Shown here: positions 40,844-53,300 of the stretch, piece by piece
Numbering within the stretch: position 1 is the stretch's first letter
How the letters are laid out: the number at the start of each line of letters is the position of its first letter
Origin: Octopus sinensis
Lineage: Eukaryota
Direction of reading: 5' to 3'
DNA: 64,000 bases
Assembly: GCF_006345805.1 (NCBI RefSeq)
Contig: NC_042998.1
Location: 130,386,001 to 130,450,000 of the forward strand
Position numbers and translations under genes: made by a program
Notes under the pieces: generated by a model
Told to the model about the DNA's origin: nothing
Seen by the model: the letters and a program-made list of their open reading frames with translations, nothing else
Databases searched by the model: none

Positions 40844-41302
40844 CTATCTGTTTTCTTTAGGGGACCAAAAATGTAACAGAAACTTAGTCACATGTGGGCA
40901 TGATCCGAAAAGCTCTGTCCTTGTATTTAGACATGTAGTAGGGTCTAAGCTGCTTTTCCAGATAAGCCATCTCTCCATGTCGCATAGACCGCACCTTCCG
41001 CTGCCGTTAGTATAGGGCTTACATCTGGCCAAAATCTTCCATTGTATGTTATAATCGACACATTTATCTCTTAAAGACCAAATATGATTAGACAATTGTG
41101 TCGCTTTTCTTTTGTTCCAGTGCCTAAAGCTCAAATTGTGGTTATTGAACCTGGCCTTGAAATTACCCTCTGTAAGGCCCACGTATTTCTTCGTCGAAAC
41201 GGTGTCTTTAGTGGTTATAGAGTTTACGGTAGCTTCATATATGATGGTCTTGGACATGCAAGCTCCATTTAGCGGGCACAATTCTTTATTCCAGTTAACC
41301 AT
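40844..41302 (-). CDS. Second GIY-YIG ORF, given an in-frame ATG by the inversion junction (152 aa)
   Basis: MVNW|NKELCPLNGAC..FGSCPHVTKFLLHFWSPKENR. The first four codons come from the antisense spacer. Confidence 0.5.
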   Translation of the reverse strand: MVNWNKELCPLNGACMSKTIIYEATVNSITTKDTVSTKKYVGLTEGNFKARFNNHNLSFRHWNKRKATQLSNHIWSLRDKCVDYNIQWKILARCKPYTNGSGRCGLCDMERWLIWKSSLDPTTCLNTRTELFGSCPHVTKFLLHFWSPKENR

Positions 41303-41872
41303 ACTTATAGGAAACTCTTCAATAGACACAACTTAAAACTTAGTTTTAGTTCAACTACCAATTTTAAAAACATAATCAAACATAACATACAAAAAACACA
41401 AGAAGAAAACAGCTGTTCATGCAGGAATAAAGAATTGTGCCCGCTAAATGGAGCTTGCATGTCCAAGACCATCATATATGAAGCTACCGTAAACTCTATA
41501 ACCACTAAAGACACCGTTTCGACGAAGAAATACGTGGGCCTTACAGAGGGTAATTTCAAGGCCAGGTTCAATAACCACACATTGAACTTTAGGCACTGGA
41601 ACAAAAGAAAAGCGACACAATTGTCTAATCATATTTGGTCTTTAAGAGATAAAGGTGTCGATTATGACATACAATGGAAGATTTTGGCCAGATGTAAGCC
41701 CTATAGTAACGGCAGCGGAAGGTGCGGTCTATGCGACATGGAGAGATGGCTTATCTGGAAAAGCAGCTTAGACCCTACTACATGTCTAAATACAAGGACA
41801 GAGCTTTTCGGATCATGCCCACATGTGACTAAGTTTCTGTTACGTGTTTGGTCCCCTAAAGAAAACAGATAG
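41291..41872 (+). CDS. GIY-YIG endonuclease domain of a Naiad-type PLE (open frame, no natural start)
   Basis: PVNHTYRKLFNRHNLKLSFSS..CSCRNKELCPLNGAC..IIYEATV..YVGLTEGNFKARFNNH..LSNHIW..CGLC..LNTRTELFGSCPH. Frame checked open from 41291. Confidence 0.8.
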   Translation, partial: PVNHTYRKLFNRHNLKLSFSSTTNFKNIIKHNIQKTQEENSCSCRNKELCPLNGACMSKTIIYEATVNSITTKDTVSTKKYVGLTEGNFKARFNNHTLNFRHWNKRKATQLSNHIWSLRDKGVDYDIQWKILARCKPYSNGSGRCGLCDMERWLIWKSSLDPTTCLNTRTELFGSCPHVTKFLLRVWSPKENR

Positions 41873-42054
41873 AACATGCTTTCTATGTTATGTTCCAAGA
41901 AGAATTTATATATTTTTATATATTTTTTATATATTTTTATATAATTTTTATGACGAAAAATGCGAGCGATGTATAAGTACACAGGCAAGCAGAGTTATAA
42001 CAGAGTAATTTCCCTTTATTTAACGGTATTTTTTCATAACGTTTTCAAATAGCC

Positions 42055-42117
42055 AGATAACCGAAGAGATGGTGTTGTTGATTTCCACTTCGGCATCTGA
42101 AACTCAGAGTTTTATCT
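42055..42117 (+). ncRNA. Atypical hammerhead-like motif (right arm)
   Basis: AGATAA-CCGAAGA-GATG..CATC-T-GAAA-CTC(A)GAG-TT-TTATCT. Three helices are present, the core has U4>C plus an extra U, and the triplet is GUU. Confidence 0.45.
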
Positions 42118-42219
42118 TGACTACCGAGTAATGTAACATATTGTATAGATAAATTTCCTCTATTTACATAATATTGAGGTCTCTTTCTTTCTTTTGTTAT
42201 CTTACCGTTTTATCAATAT

Positions 42220-42261
<42 letters not shown>

Positions 42262-42262
<1 letters not shown>

Positions 42263-43620
42263 ACAGGGATTACTGTGTGGTACGAAGATTGATTCCCAAC
42301 CACATAGTTCCGAGTTCGGTCCCTCTGCGGGGCACCTAGGTAGAGTGTCTCCTAAAATAGCGTCAGGTCGACCAAAGCCTTGTAAGTGGATTTGGTAAAA
42401 ACTGAAAGAAGTTTATCGAGGGGGTACTGAAAAGTTCATGGCTTTAGGTAAAAGAAAATACAAGAGGATAATTTAATCATGATTTTGTCCAAAATATTAC
42501 CCTCTCAGATTCACAAACTTACTGCTGGACTGTCCATCAGTTTTTCTAACCACTGAAAACAAAGGAAGTAGAGCCTCCCTCTAGGCCTCTGTGGTACTCA
42601 TCACTTCGGAATCGGAGTGAAATTTCGTGCAAAGTGAAGACAGTAAGTTCTGCCAATTACAATCCAAACTCGCTTATTTTCCATGGAGTTTCATGTGCCG
42701 CGTGTCTTGTAAAAACAGAACCCAATGTCTCAGCTTTCCAAGGCGTTTCTGCTCCAAAGCTTCGTGCAGTTCGTCCAAGAGAGAAATGTTGTATTTTTCG
42801 TTGATGGTACGACGCTTTAGCAGGGATTTTATCAGGAATATTCCGTCTTAGTCCCAGAAGAGTGAAGCCAGAATCTTTGTAGCTGACTTCTAGATCCGAA
42901 TAACCTTGGAACGCGGTTAACAGCTATGGTGCCACTCCATTAATTGCTGGTTGTTCTGAGGATCATAATGATGAGGACAAGTTTAATCTATGGTGATTAA
43001 ACGAGCCATAAAAATATGCCTTGCCCGCTGCAAACCTGTCCAAAACCACCTTTGATGTCATCATGTGCGTTCAGGCATTTCAACACTCATTTTGCGGGAA
43101 GATTTCTCAAAACAAAACTGTAGCGGATGCTGGGGTCAAAGCTTTTGCAGGAAATCCCCAGAGTTTCAGCTAAAGTCATAGCTGAAACCTGGCGGCCTCC
43201 AAGAATCATAGTGGGCACAGCGTCGGCTTTGTCGTCTGTGGTCGCGAAAGTTGGAGGCACTGACCAGGATTCATTTGTGGCATTCAAGTTACCAGTCCGG
43301 AACCTTGATATCCAGATAGTTACTGCGGAATAAGATGGACGGCCATCCTTCAATATTTCCTTCCTTTGTGCATTTCTGTATCAGTAAATATATGTATGAA
43401 TAAATATCTATATGTGTGTGTTTTTGTGTGTGTATTCCTCTCCTACATAAATGTTGCTCTGTTTACGACCGACCCCGCAACTCAATGCTTCTGCAAAATA
43501 AGACCTGCAGAATAAATGCAAGGTATAAATAACTAAATACTGGGGTCGATTCCTTCGACTAAAATCTTCAAGGCGATGTGCCAGCATGACCGAAGTGTAA
43601 TGAATAAAACAGGTAAAAGA
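42262..43620 (+). mobile_element. SINE family A split by a mariner insertion (5' part 42262-42412, 3' part ~43395-43620)
   Basis: The 5' part has a tRNA-like head (GAGTTCGGTCCC B-box-like) and GGTCGACCAAAGCCTTGT..AACTGAAAGAAG. The 3' part has TACTGGGGTCGATT..TTCAAGGCG..CCAGCATG.CCG, also seen at ~35015-35070. Confidence 0.65.
42417..43385 (-). mobile_element. Decayed mariner transposon
   Basis: TIR CGAGGGGGTACTGAAAAGTTC. Minus-strand fragment YSAVTIWISRFRTG..PPTFATTDDKADAVPTMILGGRQVS matches the mariner N-terminal HTH region. Confidence 0.75.
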
Positions 43621-44050
43621 CATACAAAATATCAAAACTACAGAAAAACTTTGTAGTTGTATAAGTCTTACATCACTTTCTATCTGAGCGTCTGTACATG
43701 CAATCGCATTTAATGCATGTCGTCTATTAAGGTTTCAGCCTTATCCTTGTTATATCTGGTTATATCGAAATTTCCTATCTCATGGTATTCAGGAAGATAT
43801 AGGAGAATTTTTATGTGAATTATCTGATATCTATCCGACTGTCCACATTTCTGTTTGCCTACACATGTTCGAAATCATATGGACACATACAAACAAACAT
43901 GCACAGAACACACATACATACACAACTATCAACGTATATATCTACCTATCTATCTATCTATCTATCTATCATCTATCTATCTATCTATCTATCTATCCAT
44001 CTATCTATCTATCAATATATCTATCTTTTCTTATATATACATATGCATAC

Positions 44051-44146
<96 letters not shown>

Positions 44147-45314
44147 ATATGAATGAATGTATGCATGTATGTATTCATGCATGCATCTTGCTTTCGATCT
44201 ATATATGTGAATGTATGTTTATGTGTGTGTGTATTGACTTCATGTGTCCATTGTATGTTCTATGAATGAATGAAATGAAAATAAGATTCAAATCTTTTAG
44301 TTGTTCTGGCCTATAATTCTCACCTGCAAAAGAAACCTAAACTTTCTGAATCCCTCACTTCCCTGCATAGCATTTTGCGCAATAGTTGTTTGGGAATTAA
44401 TTGCCTGTCGAGAAAACTGCTTATATATATATTCTAAGCTCTATAGTAATCCCAATCTTGTCGGCAACCGAATTTCTTATTTAATGAATTCATGAAAAAG
44501 TGATTACGTAACTGTGCGCTAATCTTAAAATCCTGGCAACTGTAAGGTCAATGAAACTGAAAGATGGGAGAAAATATTATATTATCATAATGTAACACGT
44601 CATTAAAATACGAACCTCATTACGGGTATATCTGCCAAATAATTTGAGAAATTTTCTTCCAGCTTCAAACTCAAACTGGATATATGCCAGTCAGATGAGT
44701 GCAGTAAAAGTAAAGAACAATTTCTATTCTGATTATGTAGCTGTTGATATATTTATGGGGAATATTATATAAGCAAATTGGATTCAGATTGATACGTACC
44801 TTTAGAAATACAATTTTCACTTGCTGAAAGATAGCATTAAAAATATGATTATAAGTAATTCCTGTTTACTTAACAAGGCTTTAAATCTTCAGCTATACGT
44901 ATAAATTATAACTATAAAAAATAAATGAATTTTTTGGGAATGCTGGAGCACCGTGGATTTTTTTGTCTAAATGTACTTAGACATGTTGAAATCTGGAAAA
45001 TCTTGTCATGCTAAGATTATCGAATACTTATTGGATTAAAAGATCACTCATGGTTTTGTTAATTTACCTTATACTCTGAACACTCTCTTCTGCCGGTGGT
45101 TTCAGGTTTCAAATATTTCACACTAACTTTTTATTCTGCTTGTCATTGTATTCATAAGCCTAACATGAAATACAATGCTCATGCGTACACCCGACTAATT
45201 TGCAGTACCATGAAGAACGCAATAAACCTATTTATATTAATATGTGTGTGTGTGTGTGTGTGCATACATACGCACACACTGATATGTATATATATACATA
45301 AATGAGCATGTAGG

Positions 45315-45385
<71 letters not shown>

Positions 45386-45800
45386 ATTAAATAAGGGTAG
45401 AAATTAAGATTTATCAATTAAAACCAGTGGCTTAGCATATTTTTAAAAATCGAAGATTAAAAATTGTGTTATATAAAAAATTTAGACCACTGACCACTAG
45501 AAGTGGACAGCATAAATGCTAAACATAGACGTCAAATCGCCATTACCCCGAAGAATATGTTCTCAAGAAAAATTTCAGCAAAAAAACAAAATGTAAAAAT
45601 ATGCAAGACAAATGAAAATATACGATATAAAAAACGATTACGTATATACCATTGGTTTCACTTGTTAATATTTACGTATATGAACACGCACATATCTGCA
45701 AGTTATGCATAGTCTGTTGTTTACAGAACACAATTTCCAGAACTAGATATACGTAAGTATATACGTAAAAGCATACTTTTAAGGAATATGCCATTCAGAT

Positions 45801-45859
45801 ACTCATATACCGTGATTTCGGGTTCTGGCTCAAGGGCCTCAACCTTCTTCAGTATGAGT
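45801..45859 (-). ncRNA. Type I hammerhead motif
   Basis: Minus strand: ACTCATA-CTGAAGA-AGGTT..AACCC-GAAA-TCACGG-TA-TATGAGT. Perfect 7-bp helix I, A.C mismatch at the base of helix II, triplet GUA. Confidence 0.7.
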
Positions 45860-45941
45860 CACTGGTAAAAATTCTAAGTCCCTCATGTTATAAACCTCCC
45901 AGTAGTATGGCTTGATTTGCGCCAAGCCTGTCCACGAGGTG

Positions 45942-45989
<48 letters not shown>

Positions 45990-47879
45990 TATATATGAGC
46001 AAAATCTTTCGAGTGATCACACTCGAAGTAAGATGTTACTATTGTTAATATCGCATCCTTATGCCTTGCTAACTTTAAATTTTATATATATACATGATTT
46101 TTCCTCCGTCTTCCTTATCGCTGGGACTTACCTCTGTCTCCTGTTTCTGAAGAAGAGCTACCTATCTTTCCTTACCTGATCGTCTGCTAATACTTTGCAT
46201 GTACCATGTCCTAGCGTTATTGTTTTTCCTTGGTGTGTTATTCTTTGTTTTTTCTTTGTTCTGATTATATATGTGTGTGTGTACTTCTATGTCTGTCTGT
46301 GTGTGTGTGCAAGTTTTTCTGCGTTACACCTTTGGGAATGAGGGCTTAGAAGAATTGTAATTACTTTATATTCATGCGTCTTCAGAACGAAGGCATGAAT
46401 TGAAGCAAAATGGTTTCAATCTCTCATTCAATTCGCTGGTGACTATAAGTTCCTAATGTTTTAAAAAACATATAAGATAATTTGACCGTAGTAGAATACT
46501 TCAGAATACTTTTATTCCGTTGAATGAACAGTGACAGTGATCTTGAATAATTATAATGTTTAGTCTCTTCACGTTACATCGAAAGCTTTTAATTATGTCA
46601 ATGGAATACTAATCGAGCCTCAGAGTATTTCTAATATCTACATTCTGTGCTGCACGGTAGTATCTGCAAGAGAAAATAAAATGTGTGATCTTCATAAGTT
46701 TATCAACGAATTTAAAGATAGAGGAGTATTGAAGATAACTCTAGAATGAAAATTGTTCTTTTAATGAAACTTTCATGAGCAAAGCATTTTATTATTTTGC
46801 GAACTAATACAATGGTTTAGATTCTGCAATTTCGGAACAATTGGAACACACACACACACACACACACACATACACACACACACAAATACATGCGCGCATG
46901 CATTTTAACATAATCTTTAATCAATTAGTGAAATTTTTTTTCTTGCGCATTACGAACTATTTGATTCATGCATTTGACCAACTTAAGGAAATTACTTTAA
47001 TGTTAATGGTTAATTAAACGATAAACAGTGAACATTTTTCATGTCACTACAGTCTTTCAATTTCTTTCAGCGATTAAATGTAACACGATTTACCCCGTGA
47101 TTTAATTACACACATAGAAGAGAAAGGTAGTATTTAAAGGTAAACATCTCGGTTATGAACATTGCGCATATTTAATAGCTTGATATGAAATGATGACACA
47201 ATAATCATAGAATTTCAACGATACCGTGCAGTATCCTCATTGTTGAAAACCCATCTACGTTCTGCTAAATTTCAACACGGCTTCATTTCGGAATCTCCTC
47301 CGTTTTACCTCTCCAATCTTCGTTTGTTACTCTCCTCCTCTTCCTTCTCCTTGTAAAAATTATCGTCGTCATCGTCATCATCTTCCGTATTATCACTTTC
47401 CTTATACACCTCCCTCTCATCTTTTTGTTCTTTCTCATATTTCTCCCGTTTCTCCCCTTTTACTCACTCAAAACTCCCATTTTTTGTTGTTGTTGTTTTC
47501 CATTTTCTTGGTTCTGTGTGTTTCTCTTCTAATAAAAACTCATGCTTTTTTGTCACGATTTTCCTCCTTCTACTCATTATTCTCCTCCTCAACAAACACC
47601 TTCCGGTTTCTTCTTTTGAATTCTATTGCACATCAACTTTCTCTTCGATTTCATATTCTTTGTCCTTTGTTTCGTTCGTCACCTTCATATTCTTCACCCT
47701 CTTAGACCTACTTCCAATTCATTCATCTTTTCTCTTTACAATCCATTTATAATTATAATTTACTCCCCCAATACACGTTTAATACTCTTTCCATTTTCTG
47801 TTTCTTGATTTTTACCAGCTTTTTTTACTTTTTCTATATATTCCAATCATAGTCATCATAAATGTGATAATGATTATGA

Positions 47880-48108
47880 ATATGAATACGAAGATGAATA
47901 CGAAGACGACGACGACGACGACGACGATGATGATGATGATGATGATGATTGGAATGTTTCTGGTAATGATCACGATACTTATGGTGCTGGTAGTAATGGT
48001 AATCCAGACCATCATTTTAAAGGGTATCGTCAGAATTACAGCCAACAATATTATCAAAATGTTAAACGCCGATATCGTAATAACGATCACCTTGTATGGT
48101 CAACCTAG

Positions 48109-48150
<42 letters not shown>
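47880..48150. repeat. (GAC)n/(GAT)n/(CAT)n simple repeats
   Basis: Directly visible. Confidence 0.9.
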
Positions 48151-48151
<1 letters not shown>

Positions 48152-50393
48152 TATCTTTGTCCTCATCACACCTGAAATCAAAATACTCAACATTTTCACC
48201 AATTGCAGCAGTATCACCGCTATTTTATTCATGATTATCATCAACATCAAATCGATCCTTTAGTTTTATCATAATCACAATCCTCATTAACGTCATCTGA
48301 CTCATCAAAAGCAACCAAGTCGTACTGACTATGATTATTCTACTCCTACGCCCCACTTTATAATAATGATCATCATGAGCACCACACCAAGAACTCCCCC
48401 ACCATCAGCATCATTAAGAATTTGAGACAATATCAGATTATTTTATGTTCAAGGTAGAGTCGGTTGACAGTTGAAAATAACGGGGAAAACGATTGTAATG
48501 TATACTATAATGAAGAGATTTGCGTATCATTTATGTAACTTGATAAAAGAAAGCAATTAGTGGATTCTCCATTGTACAGAAAATTGGTTAAAATTCCACT
48601 TTTAATTTATTGTTATTAAAATGTGGTTTTCAGGGTCGTTTCAATTAAACGAATTGATTTTAATTCACTGCGAAGGTTCTTTAAAATCTTATACTGCGAG
48701 GCAGCCTTTTGTTAATGTCTTACTGCCTTCTCTCACTTTCCATCCCTTTGTTTATATATTTCCAATAGATAATAACTCTGCCGAAGCATACGTTCTTCGC
48801 GATGAACGGGAATAAAACATATCATTTACCATGTCTGTATATTTGCACTTGTGTGCTTATAAATGTTATTAAAATTAAAATGTACAAATAAATGTGTCAG
48901 TAGAAAGGAGAAAAGTTATAGAATCACGAGTTAGAATGAATAGTACGTTTTTCAATATGATTTTTTCCCATTTTTTCCTCTAACACTTTTTATGATACCT
49001 TTAAAACTACACTTTGAACATCAGAAATGCCGAGTCTGCAATATTTTAAAAATAAAATCATTTTAAATAACAAACAAGCAACCGCAATATATATTATACA
49101 AAACAAAATATATCAATACACATATGCATTGAATGTAAACGGGGTATATACATATATATATATATATATATATTATATATAATATTATATATATATATAT
49201 GTATGTATATTTATATATGCAAAAAAATATGTTCAGACACAATTATTACGAAAAAAATGTATTAAATCACTTTAACCAAAAAAGTTGACGTTCGTTCTCT
49301 GTGGTTCATACACTTATAACTAATGCACATACACAAGCAGAAAGCACACTTTATTTTCCACGAAAGCGAGGAACATTGGGATGTAATTTGATACCAAATT
49401 ACTAGAGATAGGTCTATTCCAAATTATCTTAGGGAGTAATTTGAAATCGATTTTATTCCAGCCCCTCCGCCTTAATGTGAATGCGACTTTAAGTTATGTG
49501 GAGGCCAGGTGAATGGTGGTACGAATGGAGGTTATTTCTAATCGTTACAGCGATATATTTTGAATAAAATATCACAAGAGAATTTGTTAGTATTGCTATT
49601 TCTTACGCTATACTTATTAGAATCTGCTATTTCTAGCAAAATAAACGACCACGTAGAGGGTAGACTACCTTTGAGCTTGTTTAAAAGACAGAGCCTAAAC
49701 CTGCGATAAGATTAACTTTTTTATTATCGGTACAAGGCCTGGAATTTTGGGGGAGAAGTCGGTTGCAACCCCAGTAGTCAATTGGTTGTTAATTTATCGA
49801 CCAAAAAATGAGGAAAGGCAGAGTCGAACACGGCCGAATTTTAACTTAAGGACGGACGAAATGCCGCCAAGGATTTTGTCCGGTGTGCTAAGGATTCTGC
49901 CAACTCGCAGATTTACTGCAATAAAATGATGAAGAAAATATTTTCGGATCGATGAGTGATACCAGACGAATAAAGAATACAAAGCTATCTTAGGCTTTAC
50001 TTATGAAAAGTACACAAATAGGGAATCAAATTGCCCAGTGATGGCTACAATGTTTGACTGATTTTGCAGAAATTTACTTCAGTATTGTTAAAAGAAGAAA
50101 AAGAGCAGGTTGAATAAGCATAAAAAATGTGTTATGAAACACGAAGAAATGGTACATAATCTGGGATAGGCCAAACATGCATACAGGAAAATCAAGCCTA
50201 ACTGACCGATTATAGTTGTTAAGGTCCACTCGATAACGAGCCTCTTGGCTAACAAAACGATAATATATCTTTAGAAGAAATATATTGTTTGGAAAATAGG
50301 ATATTATTTATTGAAGGAAATACCCAAATATATGGATCTGTAAAAAAGGAGATAAGCAAAATTTGTGGGTTGAAAGCAGATAATCTCTCTCTA

Positions 50394-53300
50394 TCTCTCT
50401 ATATATAAACGGCAGTTTGTCTGTGCGTGCTTCTGTGTGTCTGTTTTCTCGTACCCTCACCCTGACCACGGCTTTCAACCGATTCTGATGAAACTTGACA
50501 CACACATAGCCCAATGTCATAATTCAAAACTAACGCAGCGAAAATTTTGAAAAGTTCCCCCAGTTTTGAAAAAAATTGATAAATTCGACATGGGGTCGAG
50601 AATCATAAACATGAACCACAGACTGTCTAGGGGACGCAACTCGAGAATCTAAGCTTTTTTTATGCAACGCATTATCTATGGTAGTTTTCACAACTTGCAA
50701 TCGATTTTCACCGAACTCATGGTGAAGCTTAATGTTACCCTAAGAAACTCAATTCTGACTTTAGTTTTCCATGCAATACCTTACCATCAGAAACAATCGA
50801 TAAAATCATGCCATTTTGGGAAATCGCGTTCAAATTCAAGATGACATATTTTCGACAATATCTTTCACAAATTGGCAGGAATCTTTTTTTTTTCACAACG
50901 AGCATCATGTCTGCTCCAAGGAGCTATATAGCCCTTTTTATTCCAATAGGATACATTATTGGAAAAAATCGGTTAATTTAATCATATGTGGCACACATAG
51001 CAAACAAATTTGTGTATTAAACACAAACCAGACTGTCTAGGGGACGCAACTTGACCTTTTTAGCTATCGATAATTCGATCCAACCAATTCCTACCAGGAA
51101 GAAATTACATTCGAGACTTTACCCCCAACACCGCCACTTCTGCTAATAGCTGCTGCAGCCGCAAGTTATTCGAATACTTTTTTGTTTAAACTTTCTTTAT
51201 AACTACCACCCCAAACGTTTTACCTTCAATTTTTGACGTACCCTAACGGTCCTCGGACGCTACTTGCAAACTCTTGGTTTATTATAAACCACTTTTGTCG
51301 TGTGTGCATCAAAAAACTTTTCCTTTCGTTTGTTCAGTTTGATCACTTTTGACTTTTTCGTTGTTGTCACTCACATTGCTGCCAGCTTTTTGGCCGTTTT
51401 TGTACATTTTTATACATTTTCGGATACTTACCCCACGAGCTCCTTTTTATTACACCTTTACAAAACACATTGCTATCCACCAAAATACTTACCCCACGTG
51501 TTCCTTTTTATTACACCTTTGCCAAACACATTGCTATCCACCAAAATGCCACCGAGAAGAGAGAAGGACCCTCCTCAGCCCTCGGACGGCCAAGGCATCG
51601 GCTGCTAGGGCTAGAAGGGCACGCGAGACCCACGAGGAAACCGCCTTGCGCCTCTTGCAAACAGCTTCCCGTTATGCCGCCTGCTCAGGTATCTGAAACT
51701 ACTAGCGACCGTTCTACCCGACTTGCAAGGTCGCAGCGTACAGATCTTCCCTCCGCTCGAGGTTGACGAAAGAGCAACAGTCCAGCCAAAAATGCGGGCT
51801 TCTTACTGTGCTTCCATCCGCAGAGCTCGCGAGAACCCCGAACAAAGGGCCATTCGGAATGCGGCTAACGCCACTAGCACCGCCAGGACACGATCTGTCG
51901 AAACCTCACAGCAGAGGAGAACTCGCCAATGTGCTGACGCCGCAAACAAAGCCATGGCCAAAGCTGCCGAAACACCTCAACAGAGGAGAGCTCGCCAAGC
52001 TGCTAACGCCGCAAACAGCCAGGGCTCGATCTGCCGAAACTCCACACCAACGGACTATTCGGACATCCAGACATGCCATTAGCACTGCTTCTGCTAGGGC
52101 TTCAGAGGGTGCTGAGGCGAGAGCTGAAAGGCTTTCAAGGGATGCCACTGCTACTGCTGTCGCACGTGCATCTGAATCTGCTGAGGCACGGTGCACTCGA
52201 CTTGAGAGTATCAACAAACGTCGGGATATCATTCGTGGTGTACGTACCCCTGCCCCCGCTTTCTGGTTGTCACTAGCATTCAACTACGACGCCACAATTA
52301 ACTTCTCCTTGCGTGACGACATCAAGATAGGGTCAATGACAATTGTATGCCAGTTTTGCAAAGCCAAGAAATGGCCCGGAGAGCCACCTGGTTTGTGCTG
52401 CTCTGGTGGCAAAGTGGACCTGCCACCCCTACGGGAACCACCTTAACCACTGAAGGATCTCGCGGCGGGTTTAACCCCCGATTCGTCACAATTCCTTGAA
52501 ATAATTCGAAAGTACAACTGCTCATTCCAAATGACCTCTTTCGGGGCCAAAATTCCTCCCAGAGAAGGCTGGATGCCTACTTTCAAAGTGCAGGGACAGG
52601 TCTGCCATCTTATTGGGTCACTTCTGCCAGACGAGATTCAGCAGTCTTCTTTCCTCCAAATATACTTCATTGCCGACTACAACCACCAGGTTGATGCACG
52701 CCTTGGAATAATACCGGGTACAAGCTATGTTCCCCGCAAAGACATTCTTCTCCGTCTCCAAACCATGCTTCATGATAACAGCTACGTCTGCAGTTTCAGA
52801 TATGCCTTGGACAGTGCTCCATCTCCAAACTTCACCGTTGTCATTGATGCTGATAAACGACCCCACGGGGAGCACGAACGCCGTTTCAACGCACCTGCGT
52901 GCAACGAAATTGCCGCAGTCATACACGGAGAGCAACACAACAGCCGTGACATAATCATCTCCTCCCGTGGTAACAACCTACACAGGATCAGCGAGACTCA
53001 CAGATCTTATGACGCGCTTCAGTATCCATTGCTTTTCCCTTATGGGGAAGACGGCTACCACTTCGGAATTCCTTTACGGCAGCCCTTCAATCAAACTACT
53101 GCGGCATCAAAGACGGTTTCCTGCAGGGCGTTCTACTCATACCGGTTCATGGTCAGGGAGGGTGAGTTCAACTTATTGCCCCGTTGTCGTCAGCTATTCA
53201 ACCAGTTCGCCGTCGACATGGCCGCAAAAATGGAATCGGAAAGGCTGCTATACATTAAACTTAATCAGACCAAACTTCGCTCCGACTCCTACATTCATCT

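Larger units (their letters stand above)
40560..42147. mobile_element. Head-to-head inverted duplication of a 5'-truncated Naiad-type PLE 3' end (arms 40560-41292 and 41424-42147)
   Basis: The ~730-bp arms are near-identical reverse complements. The 131-bp spacer is in-frame coding sequence of the + copy. Confidence 0.93.

Noticed and set aside
41291-42000. Selenoprotein/SECIS possibility, as reported for some Naiad elements
   Set aside because: No in-frame TGA in the endonuclease frame (Cys codons are TGC/TGT, stop is TAG). The ATGA..GA at ~41950 is too short for a SECIS helix II.
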